A stretch of DNA of 64,000 nucleotides from Anaeromyxobacteraceae bacterium (GCA_032654565.1 JAULAX010000015.1:896001-960000), one strand, 5' to 3'. Shown: positions 19,157-29,786, numbered from the stretch's first letter. Numbers and translations are program-made. The notes: generated by a model not told the origin, from the letters alone.

Positions 19157-21196
19157 TCAGCCCGGGGGGGCGAGGGTAATCTTGACGCGCCCGCCGCGCT
19201 CGATGACCCGGCCCGGGGGCGGGGCCTGCGAGACCACCCGGCCCGAGCCGGTCAGCTCGGCCCCCAGGTCGAGGGCCTCCAGGGCCCGGACCGCGGCGCG
19301 GGCCGGCAGGCCGGCCAGGGCGGGGACGGCCACGCCGCCGGTGGTCCCGGCGACGCGCCGGGCGGCGACGTCGACCGCCGGGGGGCTGGCCGGCTCGCCC
19401 TCGGGATCGGGGAGCGGGGCGGCGGCGAGGCGGGCGGCGGCGGCCGGGCCCGGCGAGGCGGGCGGCGGGCTGGCGGGAGCGGCGGCGACCGTGGGAGCGT
19501 CGGGGGGGACCCCCAGCATCTTCAGGGCGTACTCGGCGATCTCCCGGAACGGCGGCGCCGCCACCTCGCCGCCGTAGACCTCCCCCTTGGGCTCGTCGAT
19601 GAAGATGCCGATGACCACCCGGGGCGACTCGGCCGGCGCGAAGCCGACGAAGGAGCTGAAGTGGCGGTCGGCCGAGTAGCCGCCCGAGACCGGGTCGGCC
19701 TTCTGGGCGGTGCCGGTCTTGCCGGCCACCCGCCAGCCCTCGGAGCGGGCCCGCTTGCCGGTGCCGTCGGGGTCCTCGACCACGCCGGTGAGCCAGCGGG
19801 CCACGGTGGCGGCGGTGGCCACCGAGACCACCCGCCGGACCGGGGTCGGCTCCCCCAGGTCGAGCACCGAGCCGTCGGCCGGGTCGAGCACCCGCTTCAC
19901 CAGCAGCGGCTTCATCAGCACGCCGCCGTTGGCGATGGCGGCCATGGCGGCCACCACCTGGAGCGGCGTGGCGGTCAGCCCCTGGCCGAAGCTCTGGGTG
20001 GCCAGGGTGATGTCGGCCCTGGGGAAGGGGAGCTGGCCGCGCCGCTCGCCGGGGAGGTCGATGCCCGCCCGCTCGCCGAAGCCGAAGGCGGTGAGCACCT
20101 CGTTGAGCCCCTGCTTGCCGAGCCGGGCGCCGATGCGCGCCGCGCCGACGTTGGAGGAGGCCGCCAGCACCTTGGCCGGCCCCACCCAGCCGATGTCCTT
20201 GTGGTCGTGGATGACGTGGCCGCCCACGGTGTAGCCGGCGCCGCAGTCGATGGGGTCGCCCGGCTTGAGGACGCCGCGCTCCAGCGCCCCGGCGATGGTG
20301 AAGGTCTTGATGGTCGAGCCAGGCTCGAAGGCGTCGGTGACCGCCCGGTTGCGCAGCTCCTGGCCGCCGCGTGGCGAGTTGGGGTTGACCGGCGGATCGC
20401 TGGCCATGGCCAGCACCTCGCCGGTGGCCGGGTCGAGCGCCACCGCCACGCCGGAGAGGGCCTTGCTGCCGCGCACCGCGGTGGCCAGCGCCCGCTCGGT
20501 GGCCAGCTGCAGCCCCTGGTCGATGGTCAGCTCCACCCGGGCCCCCTCCCGCCCGCGCGCCGAGCCCGGGGCGTCCTGCAGCGCCAGCCGCCCCCGGCCG
20601 TCGCGCAGCGAGGGGACGCGGGTCGGCTCGCCGCGCAGCAGGTCGTCGAGGGCCAGCTCGACGCCGTCGAGGCCGGAGCCCTCGTCGCCGGTGACCCCGA
20701 GCAGCTGGCCGGCCAGCGTGACCTTGGGGTAGTAGCGCCGGGTCTCGGCCACCAGGCTGACGCCGGGGAGGGCCAGGCGGCGGACGGCGCTGGCCTCGGC
20801 GGGGGAGATGCGCCGCTTCACCCAGACGAAGCGCGAGCCGCGGTCCACCTTGCGGGTGAGCGCCTTCGGCTCGAGGTCGAGGGCCCCGGCCAGGGCGCGG
20901 AGCGCCTGGGGCGCCGCGGCGCCGGCCAGGGTCTCGGGGTCGACGAAGACCGACTCGGCGTCGGCGCTGCCGGCCAGCAGCAGGCCGGCCCGGTCGGTGA
21001 CCACGCCGCGGCGCGGCTTCATCACGAACTGGCGCAGGTACTGGTCGCGGGCCTCGGAGGAGAGCTTGTCGCGCTGCACCACCTGCAGCTGCACGGCGCG
21101 CCAGGCCAGGCCGCCGAAGCCGGCCAGGAAGAGCAGCCCGATCAGCCCGACGCGGAGGGCGATCCAGCGTGCCGCCTTGGGATCCGGCAGGGCCAC
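19157..21196 (-). CDS. ftsI: Division transpeptidase FtsI/PBP3 with C-terminal PASTA-like domain
   Basis: STIK, SSN and KTG motifs; TM anchor; Pro/Ala linker then VPALAGLPAR...VVSQAPPPG. Confidence 0.93.
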   Translation of the reverse strand: MALPDPKAARWIALRVGLIGLLFLAGFGGLAWRAVQLQVVQRDKLSSEARDQYLRQFVMKPRRGVVTDRAGLLLAGSADAESVFVDPETLAGAAAPQALRALAGALDLEPKALTRKVDRGSRFVWVKRRISPAEASAVRRLALPGVSLVAETRRYYPKVTLAGQLLGVTGDEGSGLDGVELALDDLLRGEPTRVPSLRDGRGRLALQDAPGSARGREGARVELTIDQGLQLATERALATAVRGSKALSGVAVALDPATGEVLAMASDPPVNPNSPRGGQELRNRAVTDAFEPGSTIKTFTIAGALERGVLKPGDPIDCGAGYTVGGHVIHDHKDIGWVGPAKVLAASSNVGAARIGARLGKQGLNEVLTAFGFGERAGIDLPGERRGQLPFPRADITLATQSFGQGLTATPLQVVAAMAAIANGGVLMKPLLVKRVLDPADGSVLDLGEPTPVRRVVSVATAATVARWLTGVVEDPDGTGKRARSEGWRVAGKTGTAQKADPVSGGYSADRHFSSFVGFAPAESPRVVIGIFIDEPKGEVYGGEVAAPPFREIAEYALKMLGVPPDAPTVAAAPASPPPASPGPAAAARLAAAPLPDPEGEPASPPAVDVAARRVAGTTGGVAVPALAGLPARAAVRALEALDLGAELTGSGRVVSQAPPPGRVIERGGRVKITLAPPG

Positions 21197-21199
21197 GGC

Positions 21200-21649
21200 C
21201 TACTCCCGCGCCGCCGACACCCGCGACGGCCCCCGGAGCGCGACCTGCTGCACCCCGGGGACCTCCGCGTCCCGCCCGGCGTTCGCCGACGCCAGGCGGG
21301 CACCCGCCGCCGCCCGTCCACTGGTGGGCCCCACCGCCAGCCGCGGCGTCGCCGCCGGCACGGCGATCACCGCGCCCGGCGCGGGTGGGGCCATCGAGAG
21401 CCTGGTCCTGGCGAACCGCTCCAGCGCCGCCGGCGCCTTGAGCGCCTCCACCTCCAGCACCAGCCGGTCGTGCTCGGCGGTGAGCCGGGCGTGCTCCTTC
21501 TGCAGGAGCCCCAGCTCGTAGGCGGCGGTGAGCGTCCGGGTGCGCGACCAGGTGAAGGCCACCAGCATGGCCGCCAGCAGCACCACGAAGAGGGTGGTCC
21601 GCAGCACCGGGCCGGCCACCGCCGGCCGCCTGGAGGCGGCGCGGATCAC
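21200..21649 (-). CDS. ftsL: Cell division protein FtsL
   Basis: TM helix then coiled coil ([17 protein letters not shown]); between rsmH and ftsI. Confidence 0.8.
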   Translation of the reverse strand: MIRAASRRPAVAGPVLRTTLFVVLLAAMLVAFTWSRTRTLTAAYELGLLQKEHARLTAEHDRLVLEVEALKAPAALERFARTRLSMAPPAPGAVIAVPAATPRLAVGPTSGRAAAGARLASANAGRDAEVPGVQQVALRGPSRVSAARE

Positions 21650-22578
21650 GGCAGCCGCTCCACCACGCGCAGCCGGGCGCTGCGCGACCGGGGGTTGCGC
21701 GCCACCTCGTCGTCGCCGGCCACCGCCGGCTTGCGGGTCACCGCGGCGAAGCCGGCCGCGTGGCCGCAGCCACACACCGGCATGCCGGGCGGGCAGATGC
21801 AGCCCTGGCAGAGGGCGCGGAACTTCTCCTTCACGGCCCGGTCCTCGAGGCTGTGGAAGGCGATGGCGCCGGCGCGCCCCCCGGCGCGCAGCAGCTGCGG
21901 CAGGGACTCCAGCCAGGCCGCCAGCGCCCCCAGCTCGTCGTTGATGGCGATGCGCAGCGCCTGGAAGGTCCGGGTGGCCGGGTGGATCCGCTTGGGCCAG
22001 GCCTTGCGCGGGATGGCGGCGCCGACCAGCTCGGCCAGGCGGGCGGTGTCGAGCGGCTCGCCGGCCTCGACGGCGCGCTTGATGGCGCGGGCGATGGGGC
22101 GGGCGAAGGGCTCCTCGCCGTAGGACTTGATGAGGTGGGCCAGCTGGTGCTCGTCGAGCTCCGCCAGCAGGTCGGCCAGGGTCTGCCCCTCCGGCCCCAT
22201 GCGCATGTCGAGCGGCCCGCCCTGGCGGAAGGAGAAGCCGCGCGAGGGGTCGTCGAGCTGCGGGGAGGAGACCCCGAGGTCGACCAGGGCGCCGTCGACG
22301 CCATCGAGCCCGAGGGCGGAGAGGACGTTGCGGGCGTCGCGGAAGTCGCCGCGCACGGCGCGGAAGGCCTCGCCGTAGCGGGCCAGCCGGGCGCCGGCGG
22401 CGGCGAGGGCGCGCGGGTCCTTGTCCATGCCGATCACCTGGGCTCCGGCTTCGAGGAAGAGCCCGGAGTGGCCGCCGCCGCCGAGGGTGCCGTCGAGGAA
22501 GACCAGCCCCGGCCCGGGACGGAGCAGCTCGACCACCTCGCGTGCCAGCACCGGCTCATGGACGAACTCCTCGCTCAC
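21646..22578 (-). CDS. rsmH: 16S rRNA m4C1402 methyltransferase
   Basis: [42 protein letters not shown]. Confidence 0.97.
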   Translation of the reverse strand: MSEEFVHEPVLAREVVELLRPGPGLVFLDGTLGGGGHSGLFLEAGAQVIGMDKDPRALAAAGARLARYGEAFRAVRGDFRDARNVLSALGLDGVDGALVDLGVSSPQLDDPSRGFSFRQGGPLDMRMGPEGQTLADLLAELDEHQLAHLIKSYGEEPFARPIARAIKRAVEAGEPLDTARLAELVGAAIPRKAWPKRIHPATRTFQALRIAINDELGALAAWLESLPQLLRAGGRAGAIAFHSLEDRAVKEKFRALCQGCICPPGMPVCGCGHAAGFAAVTRKPAVAGDDEVARNPRSRSARLRVVERLP

Positions 22579-22877
22579 GCGGCCCGGATGGCGGCCTCGA
22601 CATCGGCGAACATCTCGACGTGCCCGCCGGCCCCGCCGGCGTGGACCAGGTCGCGCACGTAGCGGGTGGCCCCGGCGGCGCGCAGCCCGGGGATGGCCTT
22701 GAGCAGCGCCGCGCCGGCGTAGTGGAGGTGGGTGACCCGCTTCAGGTCGATGACCACCGTCCGCCCCAGCGCCCGCGCCTGGGTGGCCACCCGGGCGATG
22801 GAGGCCAGCTCCTCGCGGGTCAGCTCGCCGACCCCCCGGATCACCGTCACCTCGTCCGCCTGCCTGGTCTCGTACAT
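22575..22877 (-). CDS. Small STAS-like domain protein
   Basis: ~100 aa; [20 protein letters not shown] pattern; GGAGGG RBS; between mraZ and rsmH. Confidence 0.65.
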   Translation of the reverse strand: MYETRQADEVTVIRGVGELTREELASIARVATQARALGRTVVIDLKRVTHLHYAGAALLKAIPGLRAAGATRYVRDLVHAGGAGGHVEMFADVEAAIRAA

Positions 22878-22895
22878 GCCCACGCCCTCCCCGCC

Positions 22896-23330
22896 CTAGG
22901 CCTTGAAGAAGTCCACCCGCTGCTCCACCGGGATCTCCGCCGCCATCTCGGCCTCGTAGGCGGCCTGGTCGTAGAGCTGGATGTAGCCACCCATCCCCAC
23001 CCAGACGACCTCCTTCACCAGCCCGGCCCACTCGCGCAGCGCCGGCGGCACCAGCACCCGGCCGTGGACGTCCAGGTCCACCTCGTGCGCCGAGGCGATG
23101 AACTTGAGGACGTTGCGCTGCATGGGGGCGTCGAAGGGGGAGGCGGCCGAGACGCGCCGGGCCAGCTCGGACCACTGCGACTGCGGCAGGGCCAGCAGCG
23201 AGCGGGCGTGCGAGTTGCGGAGCAGGACGATGCGCGGCTCGCCGGCCGCGGCCAGCGCCTCGCGCAGCCGGACCGGGAGGCTGGTGCGCCCCTTGCCATC
23301 GATCGTGTGGTTGTAGGTCCCGAAGAACAC
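22896..23330 (-). CDS. mraZ: dcw transcriptional regulator MraZ
   Basis: [14 protein letters not shown] and DVHGRVLVP repeats. Confidence 0.93.
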   Translation of the reverse strand: MFFGTYNHTIDGKGRTSLPVRLREALAAAGEPRIVLLRNSHARSLLALPQSQWSELARRVSAASPFDAPMQRNVLKFIASAHEVDLDVHGRVLVPPALREWAGLVKEVVWVGMGGYIQLYDQAAYEAEMAAEIPVEQRVDFFKA

Positions 23331-23356
23331 GGCCGTCCCGATCCTGCGCGAATGAT

Positions 23357-23380
23357 CCACTCTCTGCCACTTTTTGCCAC
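23357..23380 (-). promoter_or_regulatory. MraZ-binding repeats (GTGG-N6 x3)
   Basis: Minus strand GTGGcaaaaaGTGGcagagaGTGG with a 10-bp period, ~26 bp upstream of mraZ. Confidence 0.75.
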
Positions 23381-23499
23381 GAACTGGTCCGGATCTAGTT
23401 GGATCCGGCCGGGGAAGTCAACGGGTCCCCTTCGGACACCCGGATCCAGGTGCTGAAGAGATGTTCAGTGACCCTTGGGCGGTGGGTGAGCCTCGGCCA

Positions 23500-23540
23500 G
23501 AAGAAAGCCGGGGACCTGGGTTCGACCCAGGTCCCCGGCT
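23500..23540 (-). terminator. Rho-independent terminator after the ABC binding-protein gene
   Basis: Perfect 15-bp stem AGCCGGGGACCTGGG/CCCAGGTCCCCGGCT, 5-nt loop, followed by TTCTT on the minus strand. Confidence 0.8.
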
Positions 23541-23581
23541 GTGTTCATCGGTCTCCCGGCCGCCCGCGGCGGCCCGGCCGG

Positions 23582-24718
23582 CTACTTCAGGACCTGGAAC
23601 TTCCCGTCCTTCACCACCAGCATCTCGAAGGCATCCGGGGTCAGGCCGCAATGATCGGTGGCCGACAGGTTGAAGACGCCGGCGGTGCCGGCCATCCCGT
23701 GGATGGCCTCGATGGCGTCGCGGGCCTTTTGCTTGTTGGCCCCACCGCCCTTGAGGCCGGCCTGGAGCATGAGGAAGGCGTCGTAGGCGTGGCCGCCAAA
23801 GGTGGAGACGTCCTCCTTGTACTTGGCCTCGTAGGAGCGCTTGTAGTCGACCAGGAGCTTCTTCTGCGGGTTGGCCTCGGAGAGCGACTCGGCCACCAGC
23901 AGGCGGCCAGCCGGGAAGATCACCCCTTCGGCGGCGGTGCCGGCCCCCTTCACGTAGGCCAGGTTGCCGAAGCCGTGGCTCTGGAAGAGCGGGATGGTCA
24001 GGCCGATCTGGCGGGCGTTCTTGAGGACGATCGACTGGGCCGGCTCGATCGACCAGTTGACCAGGGCCTCGGCGCCCGAGGCCTTCATCTTGGTCACCTC
24101 GGCGGTCAGGTCGGTGGCGGCCTTGTCGTAGACCTCGTTGGCCACGATGGTGAGGCCGTAGGTCGGCGCCAGCTTCTCCAGCTGGGCCTTGCCGGCCTTG
24201 CCGAAGCCGGTGTTGGAGGTGAGCACGCCGAGCTTGGTCAGGCCGAGCTTCTTGATGTGCTCGAAGATGCGGATGACGGCGTGGCTGTCGCTCTGCGGCG
24301 ACTTGAAGACCCACTTGGCCACCGGCTGCACGATCACCTCGGCGGCGGCGCAGGAGAGCAGCAGGGTGCCGCTCTCCTCGGCCAGCTGCTTCACCTGCAT
24401 GGTCTCACCGCTGGTCGAGGGACCGATGATGGCGAAGACCTGGTTCTCCTCGATGAGCTGCTTGGTCATCGAGACGGCCTTCTCCGGGCTGCCGCCGGTG
24501 TCCTTGATCAGCAGCTCGATCTTGACGCCGTTGATGCCGCCGGCGGCGTTGGCCTTCTCCACCAGCATCTCCAGCGTGCGCGCCTCCGGGGCGCCCAGGA
24601 AGGAGGCCGGACCGGTCACCGAGAGCAAGGCGCCGACCTTGATGGTCTCGCCGGCCACCGCCGGCCCCACCAGACAGAACAACACCACCGCAAGACTGGA
24701 CCTGAGCATCCTCATCAC
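23582..24718 (-). CDS. ABC transporter substrate-binding protein, LivJ/LivK (HAAT) family, likely aromatic-acid binding
   Basis: Signal peptide; IKVGALLSVTGPASFLG, GGINGVKIEL, AYDA motifs. Confidence 0.88.
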   Translation of the reverse strand: MMRMLRSSLAVVLFCLVGPAVAGETIKVGALLSVTGPASFLGAPEARTLEMLVEKANAAGGINGVKIELLIKDTGGSPEKAVSMTKQLIEENQVFAIIGPSTSGETMQVKQLAEESGTLLLSCAAAEVIVQPVAKWVFKSPQSDSHAVIRIFEHIKKLGLTKLGVLTSNTGFGKAGKAQLEKLAPTYGLTIVANEVYDKAATDLTAEVTKMKASGAEALVNWSIEPAQSIVLKNARQIGLTIPLFQSHGFGNLAYVKGAGTAAEGVIFPAGRLLVAESLSEANPQKKLLVDYKRSYEAKYKEDVSTFGGHAYDAFLMLQAGLKGGGANKQKARDAIEAIHGMAGTAGVFNLSATDHCGLTPDAFEMLVVKDGKFQVLK

Positions 24719-24830
24719 GTGTGCCTCCTCGGGGCGTCATGCCCCACGGGTCGAGACAACCAAGCGGACACTCGTCGTGTCCTCGCCGCCGAAGGGCGGC
24801 GTCGCAGCGCGAAGCGGGGAAGTGAAAACG

Positions 24831-25457
24831 CTAGCAGCATCGACACGCCTTGTGGAACGTGAACTGGTCGCCCAGCCCGGCCAGCGCCTCCCGGGTGTTG
24901 ACGTTCTGCGTGATCGCCGCGTCGCGGCACGGTACCTCGACCCGGCGCCGGGCGTGGGCCTCGATGGCCTCGGCCAGCGAGGCGGTCCAGCGGTCCGCCA
25001 GGAGCCGGTCGAGGAAGGGGCGGCCCAGGAGGACCGGGTGGCCGCGCCGCCCGGCGTGGGTGGCGACCAGGACGTCGCCCCGGCCGGCGCCAAAGGCGCG
25101 CAGCAGCCGGGCGTGGGTGCTGGCGCGGAGGAGGGGCTGGTCGACGTGGCAGACCAGCACCGCCGCCAGCGCCGCGTCCCGCTCCAGCGCCGTCCGGAGG
25201 CCGCAGCGCAACGACGCCAGCATCCCCCGCCGCCAGCCGCGGCAGGTGACCGCCCGGGCGCCGGCGAACCGGACGCCGCGCCGGACCCGCGCCGCCTCGT
25301 GGCCGAGCACGGCGATCCGGTCGCCGACCCCCTCCACGGTGGCCAGCGTGGCGAGGATGCGGCCGAGGAAGGTCTCGCCGCGAAGCTCGAGCAACGGCTT
25401 GGGCGAGCCCATCCGGCTCGAGGCCCCGGCCGCCAGCACGATGGCGGCGACCGTCAT
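24831..25457 (-). CDS. mocA: Molybdenum cofactor cytidylyltransferase (MocA-like)
   Basis: IVLAAGASSRMGSPKPLL, GMLASLRCG, VDQP, GHPV, NVNTRE; downstream of an XDH-family enzyme. Confidence 0.8.
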   Translation of the reverse strand: MTVAAIVLAAGASSRMGSPKPLLELRGETFLGRILATLATVEGVGDRIAVLGHEAARVRRGVRFAGARAVTCRGWRRGMLASLRCGLRTALERDAALAAVLVCHVDQPLLRASTHARLLRAFGAGRGDVLVATHAGRRGHPVLLGRPFLDRLLADRWTASLAEAIEAHARRRVEVPCRDAAITQNVNTREALAGLGDQFTFHKACRCC

Positions 25458-26389
25458 CCGCGCTCCCCGCCCGAGGCGTCCTGGTGGGGGAGCCGCACCA
25501 CCGCGCCGGCCAGGTCCTCGCCGGGCGCGGCCTCCCAGCCGGGGGCCCGGATCTCCCGGGGCTCGAGGAGCCCCGGCCAGGCCACCCGCCGTCCCCGGCG
25601 CACCGCCACCAGCTCGGCCACCACGCTGACCGCGATCTCCTCCGGCGTCACCGCGCCGATGTCCAGGCCGAGCGGCGTGCGGAGCCGGGCCAGCTGGGGC
25701 TCCGACAGCCCCTGGGCCCGCAGCCGCAGCAGGAACCGCTCGCGCTTGCGGCGGCTCCCGATCATCCCCACGAAGCCGGCCGGCGTCCCCAGCAGCGCCT
25801 TCACCGTGGCCTGGTCCACGTCGTGCGCATGGGTGGCCACCAGGCAGGCGGTGGCGGCGTCGGGCGCCAGCGCCGCCACGGCGGCGGCCGGCTCGTCGCA
25901 GAGCACTCGCGCCGCCGACGGCAGCTGCCCGGGCCCGGTCCAGGCCTCCCGCTCGTCGACCACCGTCACCTCGAACCCGACCCGCCCCGCCGCCTCGCAG
26001 ATGGCCCGGCCCACGTGGCCGGCGCCGAAGAGCAGCAGCCGGGCGGCCGGCTCGATCCGCTCCAGGAAGATCCGCATCTGGCCCCCGCAGCACATGCCGA
26101 GATCCCGGGCCAGGTCGTAGGTGAGGAAGCGCTGCGCCGGCCCCCCGGTCACCAGCAGCGCCCGGGCCTCCTCGAGGACGCGGTGCTCGATGGTGCCGCC
26201 GCCGACGGTCCCGGTGGCGCGCCCGCCGCCGAGGAGCAGCAGCTTGGCCCCCGGGGCCTGCGGCGCCGAGCCGGCCACGTCGACCACCGTGGCCAGCACC
26301 GCCACCACCCGCTCCCGCCGGGCCCGGGCCAGCGCCTGGTAGACGTCGCCGCCGCCGACCGGCAGGTCCTGGCCGTCGCCGGGCGTCAC
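25454..26389 (-). CDS. xdhC: XdhC/CoxI Moco-insertion chaperone
   Basis: GSAPQAPGAKL, GTVGGG, GMCCGG, FGAGHVG, GMIGSRRK, PLGLDIGAVTPEEIA. Confidence 0.9.
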   Translation of the reverse strand: MTPGDGQDLPVGGGDVYQALARARRERVVAVLATVVDVAGSAPQAPGAKLLLLGGGRATGTVGGGTIEHRVLEEARALLVTGGPAQRFLTYDLARDLGMCCGGQMRIFLERIEPAARLLLFGAGHVGRAICEAAGRVGFEVTVVDEREAWTGPGQLPSAARVLCDEPAAAVAALAPDAATACLVATHAHDVDQATVKALLGTPAGFVGMIGSRRKRERFLLRLRAQGLSEPQLARLRTPLGLDIGAVTPEEIAVSVVAELVAVRRGRRVAWPGLLEPREIRAPGWEAAPGEDLAGAVVRLPHQDASGGERG

Positions 26390-27426
26390 CTGGTCGCTCC
26401 GGTGGCGCGGCGCACGGTCCGCCGCACCAGCACCGGCACCATGGCCCGGCGCCAGGCCGGGTCGGCGGCCAGGTTGGTGAGCGGGTGGCACTGCCGGTGG
26501 GCCGCGGCGGCCACCCGCTCCAGCGCCGCCTCGTCGAGGGGGCGCCCCTCGACCAGGCCGGCGAGGCCGGTGACCACCCGCGGGCGGGCCCCGAGCGCCG
26601 AGACCACCACCCGCAGCGAGCGGCAGGCGCCGTCCGGCGCCAGGTCGGCCACCGCGGCCACCGAGAGCTGCGGGAAGTCGATGGCCTGTCGAGGCCGGAG
26701 CTTCTCGTAGGCGGCGCGCTGGCCCGGCGGAGTGGCCGGGAGGCGCAGCTCGGTGATCAGCTCGGCGGCGTCGAGCGCCAGGTGACGCCGCCCCTCGTTC
26801 TGCAGCAGCGACTCCACCGGGATCCAGCGGTCGCCGCCCACCCGCTCGACCCGGGCCTCGGCCTGGAGCGCGGTGAGCAGGGTGGCCCCGTCCGAGCTGC
26901 AGGCGGCCACGCAGCGGGTCCCACCCGGCACCACGTGGCAGGTCGTGCCCCGGCGCTTGAGGCAGTAGCCCAGCGACGCCCGCCAGAAGGCGGTCTGGTT
27001 GAGGTAGCTGCAGCGGGTGTCGAGGCAGAGGTTGCCACCCACCGTCCCCATGTTGCGCAGCTGCGGCGAGCCGATCTGGCTGTAGGTGGCGGCCAGCGCC
27101 GGGTGGCGGTCGCGCAGCAGGGGATGGGCCGCGGCGTCGGCCAGGGAGGTGAGCGCCCCCAGGTGGAGCCGGCCCGCCACCTCCCGCACGCCGCGCAGGT
27201 GGAGATCCTCGAGCCGGGTCAGGTCGACGAGGAGCTCGACGTCGAGGAGCCGGTGCTTGAGGTTGGGCACCAGGTCGGTGCCGCCGGCGATGGGGAGGAC
27301 CGGCCCGCGCCGCGCCGCCCCGTCTCCGTCCGGGTCCACCCGGCCGCGGCTCCCCTGCTCGAGCAGGCCGAGCGCCTCGGCGAGGCGAGGCGGCGCCACG
27401 TGGCGCAGGTGAGGGAGCGGCATCAT
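26386..27426 (-). CDS. hcrB: 4-hydroxybenzoyl-CoA reductase beta (FAD/[4Fe-4S]) subunit
   Basis: AGGTDL, RNMGTVGGNL, plus the Cys-rich insert (DTRC...YCLK...TCHV...RC) characteristic of HcrB. Confidence 0.8.
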   Translation of the reverse strand: MMPLPHLRHVAPPRLAEALGLLEQGSRGRVDPDGDGAARRGPVLPIAGGTDLVPNLKHRLLDVELLVDLTRLEDLHLRGVREVAGRLHLGALTSLADAAAHPLLRDRHPALAATYSQIGSPQLRNMGTVGGNLCLDTRCSYLNQTAFWRASLGYCLKRRGTTCHVVPGGTRCVAACSSDGATLLTALQAEARVERVGGDRWIPVESLLQNEGRRHLALDAAELITELRLPATPPGQRAAYEKLRPRQAIDFPQLSVAAVADLAPDGACRSLRVVVSALGARPRVVTGLAGLVEGRPLDEAALERVAAAAHRQCHPLTNLAADPAWRRAMVPVLVRRTVRRATGATR

Positions 27427-29786
27427 CCGCGATGCCCCTTCCAGGCCAGGCCCGCGGCGTAGCGGGCCTGGAGCGCCGCCAGCACCGCCGGCGGACGGAA
27501 CGGCAGCCGGGTGAGCCGCACCCCCACGGCGTCGTGGATGGCGTTGGCGATGGCCGGGATGGAGGGGTGGAGCGGCCCCTCGCCCGCCTCCTTGGCGCCG
27601 TACGGTCCCTCCCGGTCGTGGCTCTCGACGATGATCGACTCCAGCTCCGGGGTGTCGAGGGTGGTCGCCAGCGGGTAGTCGAGCAGCGAAGGGCCACGGT
27701 GGAGCCCGCGCTCGTCGTAGGCCTGCTCCTCGAGGAGCGCCTCGCCGAAGCCCATGGCGGCGCTCCCCTCCATCTGCCCCTCCACCAGCATGGGGTTGAG
27801 GGCGCGGCCGCAGTCGTGGGCCACCCAGATCTTCCGTACCCGGACCTGCCCGGTCTCCCCGTCCACCTCCACCTCGGCGATGTGGGCGCTGAAGGAGTAG
27901 GCCGGCGAGGCGCCGATGGTGCCGCCGCGGTAGCTGCCGTGGACGTCCTTGGGGGTGTTGTAGGAGCCGACGCCGCCCAGGGTGCCGGAGCGGGCCTCGG
28001 CGGCCTGGAAGGCCTCGGCGATGGGGAGCGAGTGCGAGGGGACGCCGGGCGCGGTGGCGCAGCCGTCGGCCAGCCGGACCTGCCCCGGGGGCACGCCCCA
28101 GCGCTCGGCCAGGGCCTCCTGGATCTGCCGCTTCACACCGGCGCAGGCGGCGATGGCGGCGTTGCCGGCCATGAAGGTGATGCGAGAGGAGTAGGCCCCC
28201 AGGTCGACCGGGGTCAGGTCGGTGTCGGCCGTGACCACCCGGATCGAGTCGAGCGCCACGCCCAGCTCCTCGGCCACGATGTAGGCCAGCACCGAGTCGC
28301 AGCCCTGGCCGATGTCGCTCACCCCGGCGAAGACGGTGACCCGGCCGGAGCGATCGACCTTGAGCTGCACCGCCGACTGCGGCATCTCGTTGGGGTAGAT
28401 GGGGTAGTTGGTCCCGGAGATGTAGGTGGAGCCGGCCACCCCGACCCCCCGGCCGAAGGGGAGCCGCCGGAACTTCTCCTTCCAGCCGCTGGCCCGCTCC
28501 ACCCCGGCCAGGCACTCCAGGAAGCCGTTGGAGGTGATCCGGAACTCGTTGATGGTGCGGGTGTCCGGCCCGAGGACGTTGCGCCGGCGCAGCTCGATGG
28601 GGTCGAGGTCGACGCGCTCGGCCAGCATGTCGAGGGCGCACTCGAAGGCGAAGCGGGGCTGGACCGAACCGTGGCCTCGCTTGGGGCCGCAGGAGGGCTT
28701 GTTGGTGAAGACCCGCGTCGAGTCGAACTCGTAGGCCGGGAGGCGGTAGGGGGCGCCGAGGAGCTGGCCCGAGTAGTAGGTGGTCACCAGGCCGAAGGAG
28801 GAGTGGGCGCCGCCGTCGATCTGGATCCGGGCCTGGACCGCGGTGAGCCTCCCGTCGCGGTCCGCCCCCACCCGGTAGGTCATCAGCATGGGGTGACGGC
28901 CGCGGTGGGCGGTGAAGACCTCCTCGCGGGTGTAGAGGATCTTCACCGGCCGGCCGGTCAGGCAGGAGAGCTTGGCCACCGCGAACTCGAGGTCGAAGGG
29001 TTCGCTCTTGCCGCCGAAGCCTCCGCCCACCGCCGGCTGGATGACGCGGATGCGGTCGACCGGGAGCTCCAGGACGCGGCTCAGCTCGCGATGGAGGTAG
29101 TGCGGCACCTGGGTGCTGGAGTGGACGGTGAGGATCCCGTCGGCCCCGAGGTCGCCCATCGCGCAGTGCGGCTCGATGGCGGCGTGGGTCGACCCGGCGT
29201 GGAACCAGGTGTCCTCCACCAGCACCTCGGCGCCGGCCAGCCCGCCCTCGACGTCGCCGAAGGTGAGCCGCACCTGCTTGGAGACGTTCCCCTTCCCGGC
29301 GAAGGTGTTCACCTGGGTCTCCGGGTGGGCCAGCGCCTCCTCGACGGTCAGCACCGCCGGCAGCACCTGGTAGTCGACCTCGATGAGCTCGAGCGCCGCC
29401 TCGGCGATCCGCTCGTCGTCGGCCGCCACCGCCGCCACCCCGTCGCCGACGTAGAGCACCTTGTCGATGGCCAGCGGGTACTCGTCGCGGGTCCAGGGGA
29501 TGATGCCGTAGGCCACCGGCAGGTCGCGCCCGGTGATGACGGCGTGGACCCCGGCCAGGGCCGAGGCGCGGGTGGTGTCGATGGAGCGGATCCGGGCGTG
29601 GGCGTGGGGGGAGCGCAGGATCTTGCCGTGGAGGAGCCGGGCCGGCTGCAGGTCGTCGGTGAAGAGGGTCTGGCCGGTGACCTTGCGCCGCCCATCCACC
29701 TTCCGGTTCCGCTTGCCGATGACCGAGAAGGCGGCGGCCTCGCCGTCCCCCGGACCAGGCGGCCCGCCCTGGCGCTGGTCGCTCAC
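27423..29786 (-). CDS. hcrA: 4-hydroxybenzoyl-CoA reductase alpha (molybdopterin) subunit
   Basis: XDH large-subunit motifs GGGFGGK, RGHG, DIGQG, YSSR, KEAGEG; flanked by hcrB/hcrC-type genes in an aromatic region. Confidence 0.78.
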   Translation of the reverse strand: MSDQRQGGPPGPGDGEAAAFSVIGKRNRKVDGRRKVTGQTLFTDDLQPARLLHGKILRSPHAHARIRSIDTTRASALAGVHAVITGRDLPVAYGIIPWTRDEYPLAIDKVLYVGDGVAAVAADDERIAEAALELIEVDYQVLPAVLTVEEALAHPETQVNTFAGKGNVSKQVRLTFGDVEGGLAGAEVLVEDTWFHAGSTHAAIEPHCAMGDLGADGILTVHSSTQVPHYLHRELSRVLELPVDRIRVIQPAVGGGFGGKSEPFDLEFAVAKLSCLTGRPVKILYTREEVFTAHRGRHPMLMTYRVGADRDGRLTAVQARIQIDGGAHSSFGLVTTYYSGQLLGAPYRLPAYEFDSTRVFTNKPSCGPKRGHGSVQPRFAFECALDMLAERVDLDPIELRRRNVLGPDTRTINEFRITSNGFLECLAGVERASGWKEKFRRLPFGRGVGVAGSTYISGTNYPIYPNEMPQSAVQLKVDRSGRVTVFAGVSDIGQGCDSVLAYIVAEELGVALDSIRVVTADTDLTPVDLGAYSSRITFMAGNAAIAACAGVKRQIQEALAERWGVPPGQVRLADGCATAPGVPSHSLPIAEAFQAAEARSGTLGGVGSYNTPKDVHGSYRGGTIGASPAYSFSAHIAEVEVDGETGQVRVRKIWVAHDCGRALNPMLVEGQMEGSAAMGFGEALLEEQAYDERGLHRGPSLLDYPLATTLDTPELESIIVESHDREGPYGAKEAGEGPLHPSIPAIANAIHDAVGVRLTRLPFRPPAVLAALQARYAAGLAWKGHRG

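Noticed and set aside
13910..22123. Long plus-strand ORFs (1240 aa, 1137 aa and others) opposite the dcw genes
   Set aside because: Antisense shadows caused by stop-codon scarcity; no recognisable motifs.
23506..23540. GGGTTCGACCC resembling a tRNA T-arm or att-site remnant at the edge of the aromatic region
   Set aside because: It is the loop of a perfect 15-bp hairpin with a 5-nt loop; no cloverleaf, CCA or second copy was seen. A terminator explains it.
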